This document shows positions 40,651-55,386 of a stretch of DNA of 64,000 nt, piece by piece. How positions within the stretch are numbered: position 1 is the first letter of the stretch; every line of letters begins with the position of its first letter. Made by a program: the position numbers and the translations under genes. The notes beneath the pieces were generated by a model. The model was not told where the DNA came from. It did not search any database and saw only the letters and a list, made by a program, of their open reading frames with translations. This stretch comes from Macrostomum lignano (Eukaryota), in contig NIVC01002333.1 of the NCBI GenBank assembly GCA_002269645.1, positions 21,065-85,064 of the forward strand. Reading direction: 5' to 3'.

Positions 40651-40959
40651 CATGTTCCCTCTACCGAAAGCCGGTCCAGAAAAAGCAAGCACCCATAAGA
40701 CCCAGGTCACCGGAGTACACGTAGAGATCAGATTCTGTGGGCAGTACCAGGGGAGCAGAAAGTTTCACTTCCAGCTGATTGGCCTGCTGGCGGACGTGAC
40801 TGGCATGGCAACAATTCCATGGCAGAATTGTCGTCTTAAGCAAGTTCCTCAAGTCGCTTTAAGGCACCAAATTGCATCGAGTTTTCTTTGCAGCTGTGGA
40901 TTGGGGCCGTGCGACTTGAGCAGCCGGGTGCACTTGTTCAATCACAATCTCTGCCTCTT

Positions 40960-41780
40960 CACACTCTACCTTTCCCCTCTCCACCTCTCCCTCTCTACCC
41001 CTCCCCATCTTACTTCTTCCTTCTATACTGCACTTCTCATTATTTCTTTCCAGTCTACTTAACCCTCTTTTTCTCTCCCGTTTACCTCTCTCTTGTCTTC
41101 CTCTCTCTTGTCTACCTCTCTCTTGTCTACCTCTCTCCTGTCTACCTCTCTTGTCTTCCTCTCTCTTGTCTACCTCTCTCCTGTCTACCTCTCTCTTGTC
41201 TTCCTCTCTCTTGTCTACCTCTCTCCTGTGTACCTCTCTCCTGTCTTCCTCTCTCCTGTCTACTTCTCTCCTGTCTACCTCTCTCTTGTCTACCTCTCTC
41301 TTGTCTACCTCTCTCCTGTCTACCTCTCTCTTGTCTTCCTCTCTCTTGTCTACCTCTCTACTGTCTACCTCTCTCTTGTCTACCTCTCTCTTGTCTACTT
41401 CTCTCCTGTCTACCTCTCTCTTGTCTACCTCTCTCTTGTCTACCTCTCTCCTGTCTACCTCTCTCTTGTCTTCCTCTCTCTTGTCTACCTCTCTCCTGTC
41501 TTCCTCTCTCCTGTCTACTTCTCTCCTGTCTATCTCTCTCCTATATACCTTTCCCGTGTCTACCTCTCCTCTCTCTCTTTCCGTCCTCTAACTCTCTCTT
41601 GTCTATCTTTCTCTTACCTACCTCTCTCCTCTCTACTTCTCCCATCTCTACTTCTCTGACGTCTACTTCTCCCCTACATACCTCTCCCCTCTCCACCTCT
41701 CCCCTCTACCTCTCCCCTCTACCCCTCCCCTCTCTACCTCTCCCCTCTCTACCTCTCCCCTCTCTACGAGCTACTTCTCC
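40960..41780. repeat. Pyrimidine-rich 15-bp CTCTCTCTTGTCTAC minisatellite
   Basis: Seen directly. Confidence 0.9.
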
Positions 41781-42519
41781 CCCTCCTTAACTACCCAATC
41801 CTCCCTATCATAAATTTTACTTTCGTCTCCACCTCCCTTTATAATAAATCGACAGCATCTTCCATGGGATGTACTTTTCCTACGGTGCCTGTTGCATCAG
41901 TCCCCTTTTTTATTTGGCAACTCTGAGCAGTGCCTTAATTAAACCTTAATATAGTTGCTAGCGATGCCGTAAAATCCAATTTACAATTTTTTTGTGATAT
42001 CACAAAAATTAAAGTCAAAATCGAACGAAACTTGAATTTCGCGGCAATATACATTGTCGGCTCAGCCAGGGCAGCACGGCAGGGCCACAACTCCCCGCGG
42101 GATGGTCAAGTCAAAGCAGTCTCTCCCAACTGCAGAACGGGTCAACCGCGCGCCTTGCACTATTCTGAGCTGCAGTGGCATACGAGAAAAAACCTTAGTT
42201 TCCAAGGCCCCTCTTCCCCAGCAGGCAATCCGATATGATCCCCAAGCCGCATTATTGACGTTGCATCACTTCGGCTGCTCCGAATCCCCGCGAGAGATAA
42301 AAGCAGCAGAGGCTGATCCCCAAGTTTAGTCCCCTCCTCCTCGTCCTCACTCCACACCCGAGGGGCAATCCGAGGTGGGGGTCGGATTGGGAAGTTTCCT
42401 GGAAATAAGTCCCTTTACGCTTGGCAAGGCACCCAGGAATTTTAGACACTGAAGATGGATTTTGAGGTATATTTTTTACAGTTTTAAAAGCCTGTCTCTG
42501 CGGTGTCTGTTTTAGTGTG

Positions 42520-43390
42520 TATTGTGTCTGTCCTAGTGTCTATTTTAGTTTCTTGTCTGTCTCAGTGACTGTCTTAGTGCCTGTCTCAGTGTCTGTCTCA
42601 GTGTCTGTCTCAGTGCCTGTCTCAGTGCCTGTCTCAGTGCCTGTCTCAGTGTCTGTCCCAGTGTCTGTCTCAGTGCCTGTCTCAGTGGCTGTCTCAGTGT
42701 CTGTCCCAGTGTCTGTCTCAGTGTCTGTCTCAGTGTCTGTCTCAGTGACTGTCTCAGTGACTGTCTCAGTGACTGTCTCAGTGTCTGTCTCAGTGACTGT
42801 CTTAGTGCCTGTCTCAGTGTCTGTCTCAGTGCCTGTCTCAGTGACTGTCTCAGTGCCTGTCTCAGTGTCTGTCTCAGTGCCTGTCTCAGTGTTTGTCTCA
42901 GTGTCTGTCTCAGTGTCTGTCTCAGTGCCTGTCTCTGCAGTATCTGTCTCAGTGTCTGTTTTAGTATCTTATCTGTCTCGTGCAGTATCTGTCTCAGTGT
43001 CCTGTTTTAGTATCTTGTCTGTCTCGTGCAGCATCTGTCTCAGTGTCCTGTTTTAGTATCTTATCTGTCTCGTGCAGCATCTGTCTCGACTCTCAGTGTC
43101 CTGTTTTAGTATCTTATCTGTCTCGTGCAGCATCTGTCTCGACTCTCAGTGTCCTGTTTTAGTATCTTATCTGTCTCGTGCAGCATCTGTCTCAGTGTCC
43201 TGTTTTAGTATCTTATCTGTCTCGTGCAGCATCTGTCTCAGTGTCCTGTTTTAGTATCTTATCTGTCTCGTGCAGCATCTGTCTCAGTGTCCTGTTTTAG
43301 TATCTTATCTGTCTCGTGCAGCATCTGTCTCAGTGTCTGTTTTAGTATCTTGTCTGTCTCGTGCAGCATCTGTCTCAGTGTCTGTCAGTA
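42520..43390. repeat. 12-bp GTCTCAGTG(T/C)CT array grading into a ~46-bp TTTTAGTATCTTATCTGTCTCGTGCAGCATCTGTCTCAGTGTCCTG array
   Basis: The first part is the reverse complement of the 14695-16780 unit. Confidence 0.9.
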
Positions 43391-45313
43391 TCTGCCTCTA
43401 CTATAATTTTAGAAATGTTGATTGTTAAATGTAATAAAAACTGACATTTGGCACTCCAGCGTCTCTCTAGAAGCCTTCCTTTGCCTAGGAATCAGTCAAA
43501 AGTAATAAACAGAGACAAACCGTTCCTCACAAACTCGATCAGTGCACTAAACGAGCTTATTCTTATGTTTTATAATCGCGGAAACAGGTCAGCCATGCAG
43601 TCCCTGCACAGCATGAGCAGTTTTACAGCTGAATGCGATTCTTTCCGCCCTGTGCGTGCAGCTCAGTGCCGCTGTCAGAGAAGCATCATCCTATTATGAT
43701 AAGAAGAATCTATCGGGCCTAAATCTAAAAGAATATAAAAAGACGATATCACAATGGGACTGAATGGACAGCTCGCATGCGATCAGCCATTTGTTGATTC
43801 AGCAGCCGGGGTAAATTTGTTCCCGGATGTTGATGATGGATGCTGAGCGGGACATAGACGTCGTGTACTTTATTTTAAACAGAGTCGCGATATTCCATTA
43901 TGTATACAATTGCAATACGCTGGACGAAAACTTTCTTAGAAAAAAGCATTTGAATTCGCGCCTTAAGTATTTATTATCGCACCTTTTCCGGATTTGTTTT
44001 TTTCAACGTGGCGCGGGTGGATCTGTGACAGTTGGTAGGTATAGATGTACAGTCTTTGTTAGGTACTCAGCCAACTGCCGATATGTATCGTATAAAACTA
44101 TATTAAGCGAAAAAATAAGTCAACACATTCAAGCCAACCTATCATTATAAACACTTTTTATCAAGATAGCCTAGCCTAGCCTAGCTTTTATAGGCTATAA
44201 TTAATATTTCGGATCAAAAGCTAACAGATGTCGGAATAGGACCATTGTAATAATGGTAATATTTATTTATTTGTCAATAACAACACTCGAACAGTTTTGC
44301 TATAATATGCCTAATAAACTTTTTCAACTCCATGGCTACCCTCAGTGTCAGATGCGAGAAGACTAAGCAAAACAGGCAGACAGCAAAATAACAGAAATGT
44401 TTTGGTCTTCACACGCAAAAACCGATTAGGTATGTATGGTTATGTGAGTTATAGTGAGAGTAGCCGCGCAGACAAACAAAGGTTTATTACATTGCAAACA
44501 ATTATAATTAGTAATCATTAATCATAAATCATAAAAAATTGAATTAAATCCATAGCCCATTCAGCTAATAATAGAATCTATCAAAAAATAAACTTCGCAA
44601 CACGCTACTACTGTTAGCGGACAAATAGTAGCACACTAAGCATATTACGCTCATATTGTTGGGGGGTAGAGAAATTTACTGGGATCAATAAATATGAATT
44701 ATTATTCTCTGGGACTAAGGTAAATGACAGACACCAAAATATTTGCGGGTGAATTATAACTTGATACAGAGACGCACACAGATACAAGCAAACCACCGAG
44801 TGAGTCTCCTGACCAGGGAGGACTCAGGGGCAGAGAGGACAGGCAATATAGTAATAAATTAAAAATAACAACAGCCAACCAACAGACAGGCAACACAAAA
44901 GCAGCAACAGGCCAATCATTTGTTTATCTAACAAAGAGAAAACAAACAAAACTTTTACTGCCTAAAAACTGAAATGATGAAGTTGAAAATTTGCTTGAAT
45001 TACTGTATGAACCTGTTGGCATTTTTGTGATTTTATATAAAGGGGATCTACAATTCAATAGATGAGGAAGTTAAAGAGAAATAAAGAGTGCATGCGGCTT
45101 AGTGCTGACAGACAAACTCGTGCTTGACAATAAGCTTGATTCCCCAAATCACCTGTCAGTCACACATCAGCACAATGTGTCTGATTGTAGCAGACAGAAG
45201 CAGCAAAGAAGAAACTGTTCATTTAATTTGCTAAGATAAAGAATCTTCTAGGCGGAAGAAGATTCAATCAAGAAGCAGAGTTTATAATTGTTCAATGTAC
45301 TTTATTTCATCAC

Positions 45314-48300
45314 TCAGTGCGATTGATGAGCGCTGATTTTTAAGCCCGTGACATCCTTGCCGATCTCCGTGCACTGCAATGGCACAAGAGTACAGGGTGA
45401 CATTTAATAAAGCGCAAGAAATTGTAGGAACATGCCAGAGTGAAATTAGATGCAGAGGGACAAGGTAAAGTGACATGGTGGGGTGATTTTAGCATGGAGT
45501 GACATGGCAGTGACATTGGATCCAGAAAGAGTTGGCGGATTGACACTAGATTATGAGTGACATGTCAGGGTGACACTAGACACGGAGTGACATGTCAGAG
45601 TGACACTAGACACGGAGTGACGTGTCAGAGTGACGCTAGACACGGAGTGACATGTCAGAGCGACGCTAGACACGGAGTGACATGTCAGAGTGACGCTAGA
45701 CACGGAGTGACATGTCAGAGTGACGCTAGACACGGAGTGACATGTCAGAGTGACGCTAGACACGGAGTGACATGTCAGAGTGACGCTAGACACGAAGTGA
45801 CATGTCAGAGTGACGCTAGACACGGTGTGACATGTCAGACCAACATTACATACCTGAGTGACCCGGCAGAGCTGGCCGGCAAACTCGGGAGCATAGCAGG
45901 CCCCGGACAGCGGATCCTTCACAAGCGGCCTGCCCCGATAAATAGGCACGTAGGAGGCGGCGCAGATGTCGAACGGATTGTGCGGATCGTAGTTCAACTG
46001 TCTGGCGTCGGTTGGATTCTTCTCGCAGGTCTGCAAGATTTTCCGAGTCTCGTTGGCCACCTCGGGCTTGGGGCCGAGCTCAAGCAGGCGCCTGGCGAAC
46101 ATGGCGGCGGTAGCGAAGTTGCGCAGCTTGTAGAGAATCTTCAAAGCCGAACGGACAGTTAGCATAGTGTGGGTTGGCTGCAGGTCGCAGTGAGTGAAAT
46201 AGCAGGCCATTTCGGCTGAGCGAATCTCCTCAGTCCGAGGCAGAGCCTTGCGGGCCAGCTCCATCTGCAGGCCTACTATGTAGTTGCGGCACACCTCAAT
46301 GAGCTGCTTGACCTCCGCCACCTCCTGCGAATAGAAATTGAGAAATAGTTCAGCTGATGTGCTCTAGATTACTAGACAATGTCTATAGATTGTCGACTTT
46401 TAGATCATAATTTTAGACGATAAAACGTGAATCTCCAGATAATTATCATTATCGACAGATTAATTGACACAATCTCTATAGATAAGCTTAGTGACTATAG
46501 ATGAATATACAATATCTATAGATACGTTAACAGTATCTATTTTTAGCTCTCGATGAATTTACAAATCTATAGATGAATCTGCAATATCTATAGATAAGTC
46601 AACAATATCCAAAGATGAATCTACAATATCTATAGATGAATCTACAATATCCACAGATGAATCTACAATATCCATAGATGAATCTACAATATCTATAGAT
46701 GAATCTAAAATATCCACAGATGAATCTACAATATCCATAGATGAATCTACAATAGCTATAGATGAATCTACAATATCCACAGATGAATCTAAATTATCTA
46801 CAGATAAGTCGACAATATCTATAGATGAATCTACAGTATTTATAGATAATCTACAATACCTATAGATGAATCTGAAATATCTATAGATGCATCTACAATA
46901 TCTATAGATAAATATATTTCTCCTTCGTAAACTCACCTGGTTGCTAGTGACAACCAGCATCAGTACGCCCAGCAGGCACTGACGGAATCGATCAACAGCA
47001 TCGGCAAAGTTGCCGCGAGTAGTCAAACCGTAGGCAGTCTGCAGCCGGTCCAGCAGCTGACGGAGCCGGATGCCCACCGCTGGCAGTCCGCCGCCGCCTC
47101 CGCGCTGGCCGCCGCTGCCGGCCTCCTTCCAGTTGCGCAGGGGGGCGGCAAAGAGAGGCGGCGAGCCGGCCAGGGTGGGCAGGCAGGCTCGGGACCTGGC
47201 GTAGGCGGCTACGAACAGCGGCTTGAGCGGCTCGAAGCGGGCCACGCCGACCTGAGGAATTGCAAGCGGTTTGAAAGTGTCAGTGGAGTGACAATTAGAG
47301 TGACACAATACGCGGAGTGACAATTAGAGTGACCTAATATGCGGAGTGACAATTAGAGTGACTTAATATGCGGAGTGACAATTAGAGTGACACAATACGC
47401 GGAGTGACAATTAGAGTGACCTAATATGCGGAGTGACAATTAGTGACGTAGGAGACGGAGTGACAATTAGAGTGACCTAATACGCGAAACCACAATCTGG
47501 AGTGACCTAATACGCGGAGTGACAATCAACAGTGACCTAAGCAAGACACCTAAGGTCTGCAAAGCCAAACCTGTTGCGCAAGCAGCCTCATCGCAGACTC
47601 CCAGCTGCCGGCAGCGGCGTGATCGGCAGCCAGCTGGGAGCCGGCAGTCCAGACCTGCCTAGGAGGCGGGCCGCGCACGGGCGGCACGTAGCCGCCACCG
47701 CCAGCCGCAGAGTCGTGACCGCCGGCGTCGGCTGGCAAGTCCAAATCGTCGTCGACCTCCCAGCCGTCGCCCTCCTCATCTTCGACGTCGGAGCCTTCGC
47801 CTTTGGCGCCGCCCTTGGATGCGTTCTCGTCGTCTTCGTCGTCGCCCCAGCCGCTGCCGACTTCGGCTTCTTCAACTTCGACGGCGGCCACAGCGGACGC
47901 CGGCCCGGCTGATGCGACAGCGGCGGCGGCGGCTCCGGCAGTTCCACCGGCGCCCCTGGCTCGCATGGCGGCCTCGAAAAAGTCCTTAGTAACGGTTAGC
48001 AACGGCCAGTTGGAGTCCTGGCTGCGCAGCGGGCAGGGCGGCTGCAGCAGAGAAGCGTTCGGCGGCGGCGTCACCGTCGGCGGGCCAGTCGCCGGATCGT
48101 CGGCGGCGCCCGGTTCGGCCTCCTGCAGGCCGTGCGCGGCGGCGGTGAGGCCAGCCAGGCCGGTCTGGCCGCAGGCGCGCAGAACTCGGACACGCTCGGA
48201 CACGTCGCCAAGCAGCAGAGCCATCTGGAAGTGGCCGCTGGTGTCCTTGCGAATTTCAGCTATGCGCATCATCTTGCGCAGCTTGTCCAACTGGCCGCTG

Positions 48301-51300
48301 ATCAGGTACAGAAAGGCCAGCTTGTCGAAATTCTTAGTGCGCTGGTAGGCCATCTCCACCATCTGGTGGTTGCCATGGGCCAGGGCCAGCTCGCCCAGCC
48401 GTTCCCAGCACTGCTTGTCGTCAAGGGCCCGGGCGCTCTCCAGGGCGGCGTCAAGGTTGCCGCATTCGACGGCCAGGCCGAATCTGGTGCGCTCGTCTTT
48501 GACAAAGTGCAGCGCCACCTCCGGGTAGCCTTTGCGCTGCAGGTAGGCGATGAGAGCCTGACCAACTAGCTTAGCGTGGCGCACCATGTGCAGCACCTCT
48601 TCGTATTTGCGATTCACCAGGGCCATCTTGAATCGGTACTCGGTGGGGTCGATGCCCAGCACGCGGGGCACGCATTCGCGGTCCAGACAGTAGACAGAGG
48701 TGCCTAGTTTGAGGGTATGAGGAGCACGATATAATCATCTCTTCGGGTGTACCGATATGTATCGAAAAATGACACCTATATGTATCGAAAAATGACACCG
48801 ATATGTATCGAAAAATGACACCGATATGTATCGAAAAATGACACCGATATGTATCGAAAAATGACACCGATATGTATAGAAAAACGCTAAATAATAAGTA
48901 TAAAACTGATATATATTGATAATATGATGATTCGATCATTTACTACCGATATGTATCGAAAAACTCGATATGGTAAAGATGACACCGATATGTATCGAAA
49001 AACTCTATATGGTAAAGATGACACCGATATGTATTGAAACACTTTTGCCAGTTTAAAAGCTCACCTTTAACCCGAGTAAGGTAGATTGGCACGTCCAGGG
49101 TTCTAATAATGCCATTATCGCCGGAGGTCAGCAGGTACTTAATATGATTGGCTGTGGTGTACAGCAGCACACCGGAGTCGTCCCAGGCGGCGCTCTTAAT
49201 CCGGACGCTCTCCTGCACTGTGCACAGGGTGGCCAATTTCCTATCGCACAGGGTCACGGTCAGCTTTGAGATTAGGGCCACGTTGGACATGTCGGCAGAC
49301 CAGATCGCCTGGCGCACCTGTTTTGTTGCGGACGGAGAGGACGAGGGGTAATTTTAAATTATTAGGGACCAGGGATATTAATATTAGGGATCAGGAACTG
49401 CTCAGGATATTAGGGATCAGGGATTAGGGATATTAGTGATCAGGGATTAGGGATATTAGTGATCAGGAACTGCTCAGGATATTAGGGATCAGGAATTTGG
49501 GATTTGGGATATTAGGGATTAGGAACTGCTCAGGATATTAGGGATCAGGAATTTGGGATTAGGGATATTAGTGATCAGGAACTGCTCAGGATATTAGGGA
49601 TCAGGAATTTGGGATTTGGGATATTAGGGATCAGGAACTGCTCAGGATATTAGGGATCAGGAATTTGGGATTTGGGATATTAGGGATCAGGAACTGCTCA
49701 GGATATTAGGGATCAGGAATTTGGGATTTGGGATATTAGGGATCAGGAACTGCTCAGGATATTAGGGATCAGGAATTTGGGATTTCGGATATTAGGGATC
49801 AGGAACTGCTCAGGATATTAGGGATCAGGAATTTGGGATTTCGGATATTAGGGATCAGGAACTGCTCAGTATATTAGGGATCAGGAATTTGGGATTTGGG
49901 ATATTAGGGATCAGGAACTGCTCAGGATATTAGGGATCAGGAATTTGGGATTTTGGGATATTAGGGTCAGGGATCGGGAACTGCTCAGGATAATAGGGAT
50001 CAGGAATTAGGGATTTTAGGATATTAGGGATCAGGAACTGCTTAGGATATTAGGCATCAGGAACTGTTCAAGATGTTAGGGATCAGGAGCTGCTCAGGAT
50101 ATTGGGATATTTGTTTTCGGATACGTACTGTACCCAATCGAAACCTAGATGAGTATTAATGAAAGGTTGAAATCCGGGAAACAATCAACAAATATTTAAT
50201 CTTACCTGAGCAGCTTTCACAGAGCTCAGAGCTCGTTTCTGCTGCACATCGTACAGCGACACGGTGTCGGGCTCCTTCACCAGCAGGCAGCCAGTACCGG
50301 CGTAGAAAATCTCCTCAGCGTTGGCCAGCTGAAACTTCTTAGACACCTCGTTGCGCATATTCTTAACGGCCAGCGTGTGGCCTTTGTCAAGCACGGCGAA
50401 CCGGTTGCGGGCCACCCAGATTGCGGTCAGGCCCGAAGATCGCTTCGAGTCGGCGGCATCGATAGCCGAATCGGTGGCGTCTCTTGGCAAGCAGTGCAGC
50501 TCGTAGGTGGAATTTTCCGGATTAGCGCTCCGGCAGCCCAGCAGTACGGCATTCTCGGCTGGGTTGTAAGTCAGACTGGTGTAGTTGGCCTTCTTTGGCA
50601 GCTGCAGTACCGGCTGGTCTTTGTTTGTGTTCAGGTCTAGCCGGCGAAGCGTCTTCTGCTTCACGTATAGCAGGCAGTTCTCGTGGATCTGATTAGAAGG
50701 CGGTGTTTGGGATTTCTGCTTTTGCTGCCTGCTAAGGATCGAGGGACTGAGGGATCGAGGATCGAGGATCGAGGATCGAGGGACTGAGACTGAGGGATTT
50801 GGGATCGAGACTGAGGGATATGGGATCTAAGCCTAAGTACGGAATAGGATCTAAGCTACGGGAATGGGATTTCAGCTACCGGAATAGGATCTACAGCAGC
50901 ACTAACCGAGTAGGCGGGCCGCTCCCGCTCCAGCTTGAAGATGACCATGCCATTGTCGTGCCCAGCAGCGAACAGGTTCAATGACGGATGCGCTGTTAGA
51001 ATCCAGAATCGGTCATTGTCCCTACGAAACGTTTGCACGCAGGTCCGCTTGGCCATGTCCCACACTCGAATGCTCTTGTCTTCGCTATTGCTGAGCATGA
51101 GCTCTTGACGGGGATGGAAGATGGCGCAGGACACGTTGTTATAGTGGCCTCGGCAGGTGTCCAACTCCCAGGCTTTGCTGTCATTCATTCGCCACAGTTT
51201 CACTTGACGGTCGTCGGCGGCGCTAACAATGACGGGCATAGTTGGGTGGAACATCACCCAGTTGACGCCGCGATCGTGGCCTTCTAGCACGTGCTTCACA

Positions 51301-54047
51301 ATGGCATCGGTGGTGCCGAACAAGTCGGTATGACCGGGACCCTGGGCAAATGGTTCACAATAAACAGTGCTGTTTAATCATATTTTTCAGGCAAAATTGG
51401 CCTCAACAACTATAAGCTCAACTAACCTGCATGCCGCCGCCGCCTCTGTAACCTCCGATATCGTCGTGACCGCCAAGTCCCGGAGCCACGTTCTTCTTGC
51501 GCAGGCCGCTAATATCCCAGACTCGAATGGTCTGGTCTAGGCTAGCGCTGACAACCAGATCTTCGCTCGGGTGGAACTGGGCGCACATAACGTAGTGACT
51601 GTGGCCAGTTAGCACGCAGATAGCAGTGCGAGCCTGCCAATTCCACACTCTGATTGTCTGGTCATCGCTAGCGGACAGAATCCACGGATACTCGTGATGG
51701 AAGAATGTAGTTCGGATGTAGTCCAAATGGCCTAGCAGGGTGAACAGGCACTTGCGCTGCTTGTAATTCCACACCTTGATTTTGTAATCGTCTCCGCCGG
51801 ACACAAACAATGGCTGGTTGCCATGGAAATGGATGCCTCGAACTGGGCCCTCGTGTTCATCGAACTTCTCAATAAGAGTGCGCATTCGATAGTCCCAGAG
51901 CTGGATGACGCCATTGTGCAGAGAGCACAGGATCCATGGCCGCTTGGGATGGAAGGAGAGGCCTGCATCCGTGAGTTAATGTGAGTGGCTTGGGCTTAGG
52001 AAAAATTTGCTTTATAAGCTTTCTGGACAGGCTAATTTTAGCCAAAATTTATGTGCAATATATTAATAAATACTGGCCAAATAGTGGTAGATGGTATTTA
52101 AACCATAAATATGGTAAAAGACAAAAGTTAATTAAAAACATATGCCTAACCACTTTTTAATACACAAAATGCAATTAAATGATTAAACATACTAGCCTAT
52201 AATTTGATACATTTATCAAATTAACATTGAAAAATAACACTGTAGTAATACAATAAATATGAAAAGCTTAGCCTACTGTATGAAAAAGAGTTTTTTCATT
52301 GGCTGAAATTAGAGCTGTAGCTATAAATAATATCTTAAAGTTTATAAAAACCATCTCAATATTTCTTACTACTTTAGGCAAGCATTTTTATCTTATATTT
52401 GTTAAAATAATAAAGACTGCCTTCATTTTTACATAGAAAATTAGTATAATTTTGCAAATAAATGACTAAAAAGCAAATATGCAAAAAAGAAAGACTTTTT
52501 TACAATGAAAAATACTTGTTATAAATATAACTCAAAATTGAATGAAGTTCATAATTTGAACAAAGGTCATTAAAAATGCAGTGCTATTATAGTAAACTTC
52601 TATTTCAATTTTTAATTAGCATATTAAATTTCAAATATTAAAAACTTGCTTAAATTTTTAGTTTTTTTAGATTTGCTTTTTTCTTAATCAAAAACAAAAT
52701 AGGCTATAAAAATTATATTAGATACAATAGAAAAAAATTACATATTTGTGGAAAGGGTATTATTCTATCTTTTGAAACTAATCTAATTGCTACAACCAAG
52801 TTGTAGAAAGTTTCCATTTCTAATGTGACATTTTGATGTATTTTTAACATTGTACTTTGTGCTAGTAGTACTGCTTATATATCATCTTAAGCAGGTAATA
52901 TATATGTACTCTTGGCCTGAGCAATCTATAACACTAAACTTCTATCTGTATTAATTCTCTCTTTTAGGGGCTTTTCTTAGTCCAGGCATTACTAGGATCA
53001 AAGGGTCACAACTTACACTTTGGTAGATATTTTGCTTTGAGGTAAGTTCTTAGATCCTAGGTCTAAATATTCCTAACCATTTAGTAGATGTTCTACCCTG
53101 AAGTGATTTTTTAGATTCTAAATCTAGAAGTCTAGTTCTAATCTTGTTCTAAGAATTGAATGAGTTCTTTCAATGCTTAGGGTCTTTGGTATCCTTAAAT
53201 GACTAAGACAGAAATATTGCTCAATTTATTTTCATTGTAGAAGCCTAAAAAGAAGCACACAGGTTTAGTTTTCCCTGTTGGCAACTTATATACTTGTATT
53301 TATAGGTTTTTCTTGGTGCTGTTTAAAACAAAAGAGTTGTCACAATCATAATATTCAAAATATTTACAATATTTTTAATATTATATACATTAAAACAAAA
53401 TTGCACATTTAGGATATGAAAGAATAAAGCTATTATACATTGGTCTATATCATGAAAATAGCAAAAAAGTCTAGTTTCTTTATTTACTTCAAAGGTTAAA
53501 TCTATTCATTTTTATTAATTTTAAATTTTAATGACCTAACATAAGTATATCTATATCAACATTGGCTACAATATAGAGATAAACAAAAGAATCAATTATG
53601 TTAGTCATTTTCAATAGATAAAAACACTTAGGGTTAGATACTAAATGTTTTTGAGAAAAGCTATATACAATTCAATCCAACAATCCAATTAATTATAAAT
53701 ATTTCATAGCTAGGTCATAGCTGAGAGGAAGGCCATGGCCACCTTAGCAATTGACAATGATTCTTCTATTGCTTTGTTTGCCACCTTTCTGTCTAGTAAT
53801 AATTGTAGAGAGCCATTTTTCCACTAAGTTAGTCATTTTGTCTGGAACAAAATTATTAGGCCTACAAGATACATATTAGGTTATAGCACTTCTGTCTAAA
53901 AATTTGACTAATAGGCACAATCAGAAAAAAATCTATTGAATATGCAAAAGTTTTAATTAAAAATACATTGTAAAATAAATTGTTTAAAATTCCGCAATTG
54001 TACTTACCCTTCACTCGTGCAGATTTCGACTCAAATTTGGATAGCAT
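45314..54047 (-). CDS. COPA: Coatomer subunit alpha (alpha-COP), 1241 aa
   Basis: Exons 54047-54008, 51962-51427, 51341-50907, 50688-50206, 49317-49065, 48703-47571, 47251-46937, 46324-45854, 45373-45314; total 3726 nt, in frame, all [27 protein letters not shown] start, WD40 repeats ([20 protein letters not shown]), [35 protein letters not shown], and [12 protein letters not shown] end. Confidence 0.97.
45455..45838. repeat. 30-bp GAGTGACATGTCAGAGTGACGCTAGACACG minisatellite, COPA intron 8
   Basis: About 10 copies. Confidence 0.92.
46480..46910. repeat. 21-bp ATCTATAGATGAATCTACAAT minisatellite, COPA intron 7
   Basis: Seen directly. Confidence 0.9.
47283..47540. repeat. 29-bp GGAGTGACAATTAGAGTGACCTAATATGC minisatellite, COPA intron 6
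   Basis: About 8 copies. Confidence 0.88.
48750..49035. repeat. 23-bp CCGATATGTATCGAAAAATGACA minisatellite, COPA intron 5
   Basis: Seen directly. Confidence 0.85.
49360..50105. repeat. GGATATTAGGGATCAGGAA(CTGCTCA/TTTGGGATTTG) minisatellite, COPA intron 4
   Basis: Seen directly. Confidence 0.92.
50735..50895. repeat. GGATCGA / GGGATCTA short-period repeat, COPA intron 3
   Basis: Seen directly. Confidence 0.75.
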
Positions 54048-55386
54048 TTCTGACTTCTTGGTCAGAATTTAGGATAATTAGAGAGAGAACGTACAGATTT
54101 GATACTGAAACTGATATCTGACTACTCTTCTTATCAAACCTCCAGATGCACAGAAAGGCAACTTGTAATGAGGTCAATATACAAGAGAAACAAATGCTGA
54201 GGAGAGAACATAAGCAAAATCGTGTGATGTGTCAGCAAACAAAAATGTACAATTCTCTAGTTAATATTAGTTTTTAATTCCAAGGCTAAAAATGTATTTT
54301 TAAAAAATGTCTTCTTGTTTGAATAAAATTTAAGCTTTACCTCAAAAACTACACAAATAATATCAGTCTTGTTTTTATGTTACAAAAACCGTTAATTTAT
54401 TTTTTGGAATAAACACGTATCTTGCACTTTAACCACCAAGCCTTTAACCACAATTGCGTAATTTGATTCATTTGATTTAAATTAAGTCTCAAAGTTTTTA
54501 ACGCTTGTGTTCATAGTCCAGTTTTAAACTGACTGCAGAGTATCCGAAAAAGATCACGTTCGTATCGAGTGTGTAGAATTGTAACATGCAAGTCACTACT
54601 AATGAACATGCACTTTAATTCTGTTGCTAATCCTGCATATTTGTTTCTTATGCACTTTTCCAATTTGCAATTGATGACACTCCTAGAGCGCCTGATTGAC
54701 GTAGCCTAACCGGAGGTCAGTCCATTATTTTAATTCGTGTTTACTACATTTACATCCTCTGCCCAGCATTACAACTTATTAAAGACACTTTAAGTCAGCC
54801 TTGATCGTGTCGCCCGGCCGCAACTACTTCAGGATATATGCGCTTATGCTTCTGTCTCTTCTCGGATTTTGAATAGGTCAAAAACTACTTGCAGGCATTT
54901 GTGGTCCACATTTTTTTAGCAAAAGGGATTTAATTATAGTGTAGAGCGAGGTCGATCGGGGCGTAACGGTTTGGAGTGCTTGGGGAAGATTTACGACAGC
55001 TACAGACATGCAAATGTATGGTGTACAAATCTGGACTTCTGAAGCTAAAATCCATGGTCACCTTGAATTAAAACGCTATACACTTGCAGTTGATTTTTCT
55101 AGAAATGAGCTGGGAAGGTCGGTTACACATGTACATGTATATACATGTATTTATCATATCGCTGGTGCATTGAGCATGCTTTCGAGAAATGGGATTTATC
55201 TAGCGCGGATTTTTATCGACAGAATTTGTCTATGGCAAAACCCCATTCAGCGCTATGCGTTCTCTAGAGCTTTGCGTCCTGCGCCTAACGGACGGTGTTC
55301 TGCACTTTTTCAATTTCTACCACATGCTTGTTGTGCTTTATACTGCGTCTCATATCTTAGCCTAGTATTTGTACGTGTTGTTCTTG

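Noticed and set aside
42030-42480. GC-richer island, possibly an LTR or exon
   Set aside because: No paired LTR, TG..CA ends, PBS or recognisable peptide.
45551-45853. COPA C-terminal extension of [10 protein letters not shown] repeats
   Set aside because: A GTATGT donor at 45853 and a terminal exon at 45373-45314 give the conserved alpha-COP end; the extension is intron read-through.
54050-55000. COPA promoter elements
   Set aside because: No motif strong enough to call and the transcription start is unknown.
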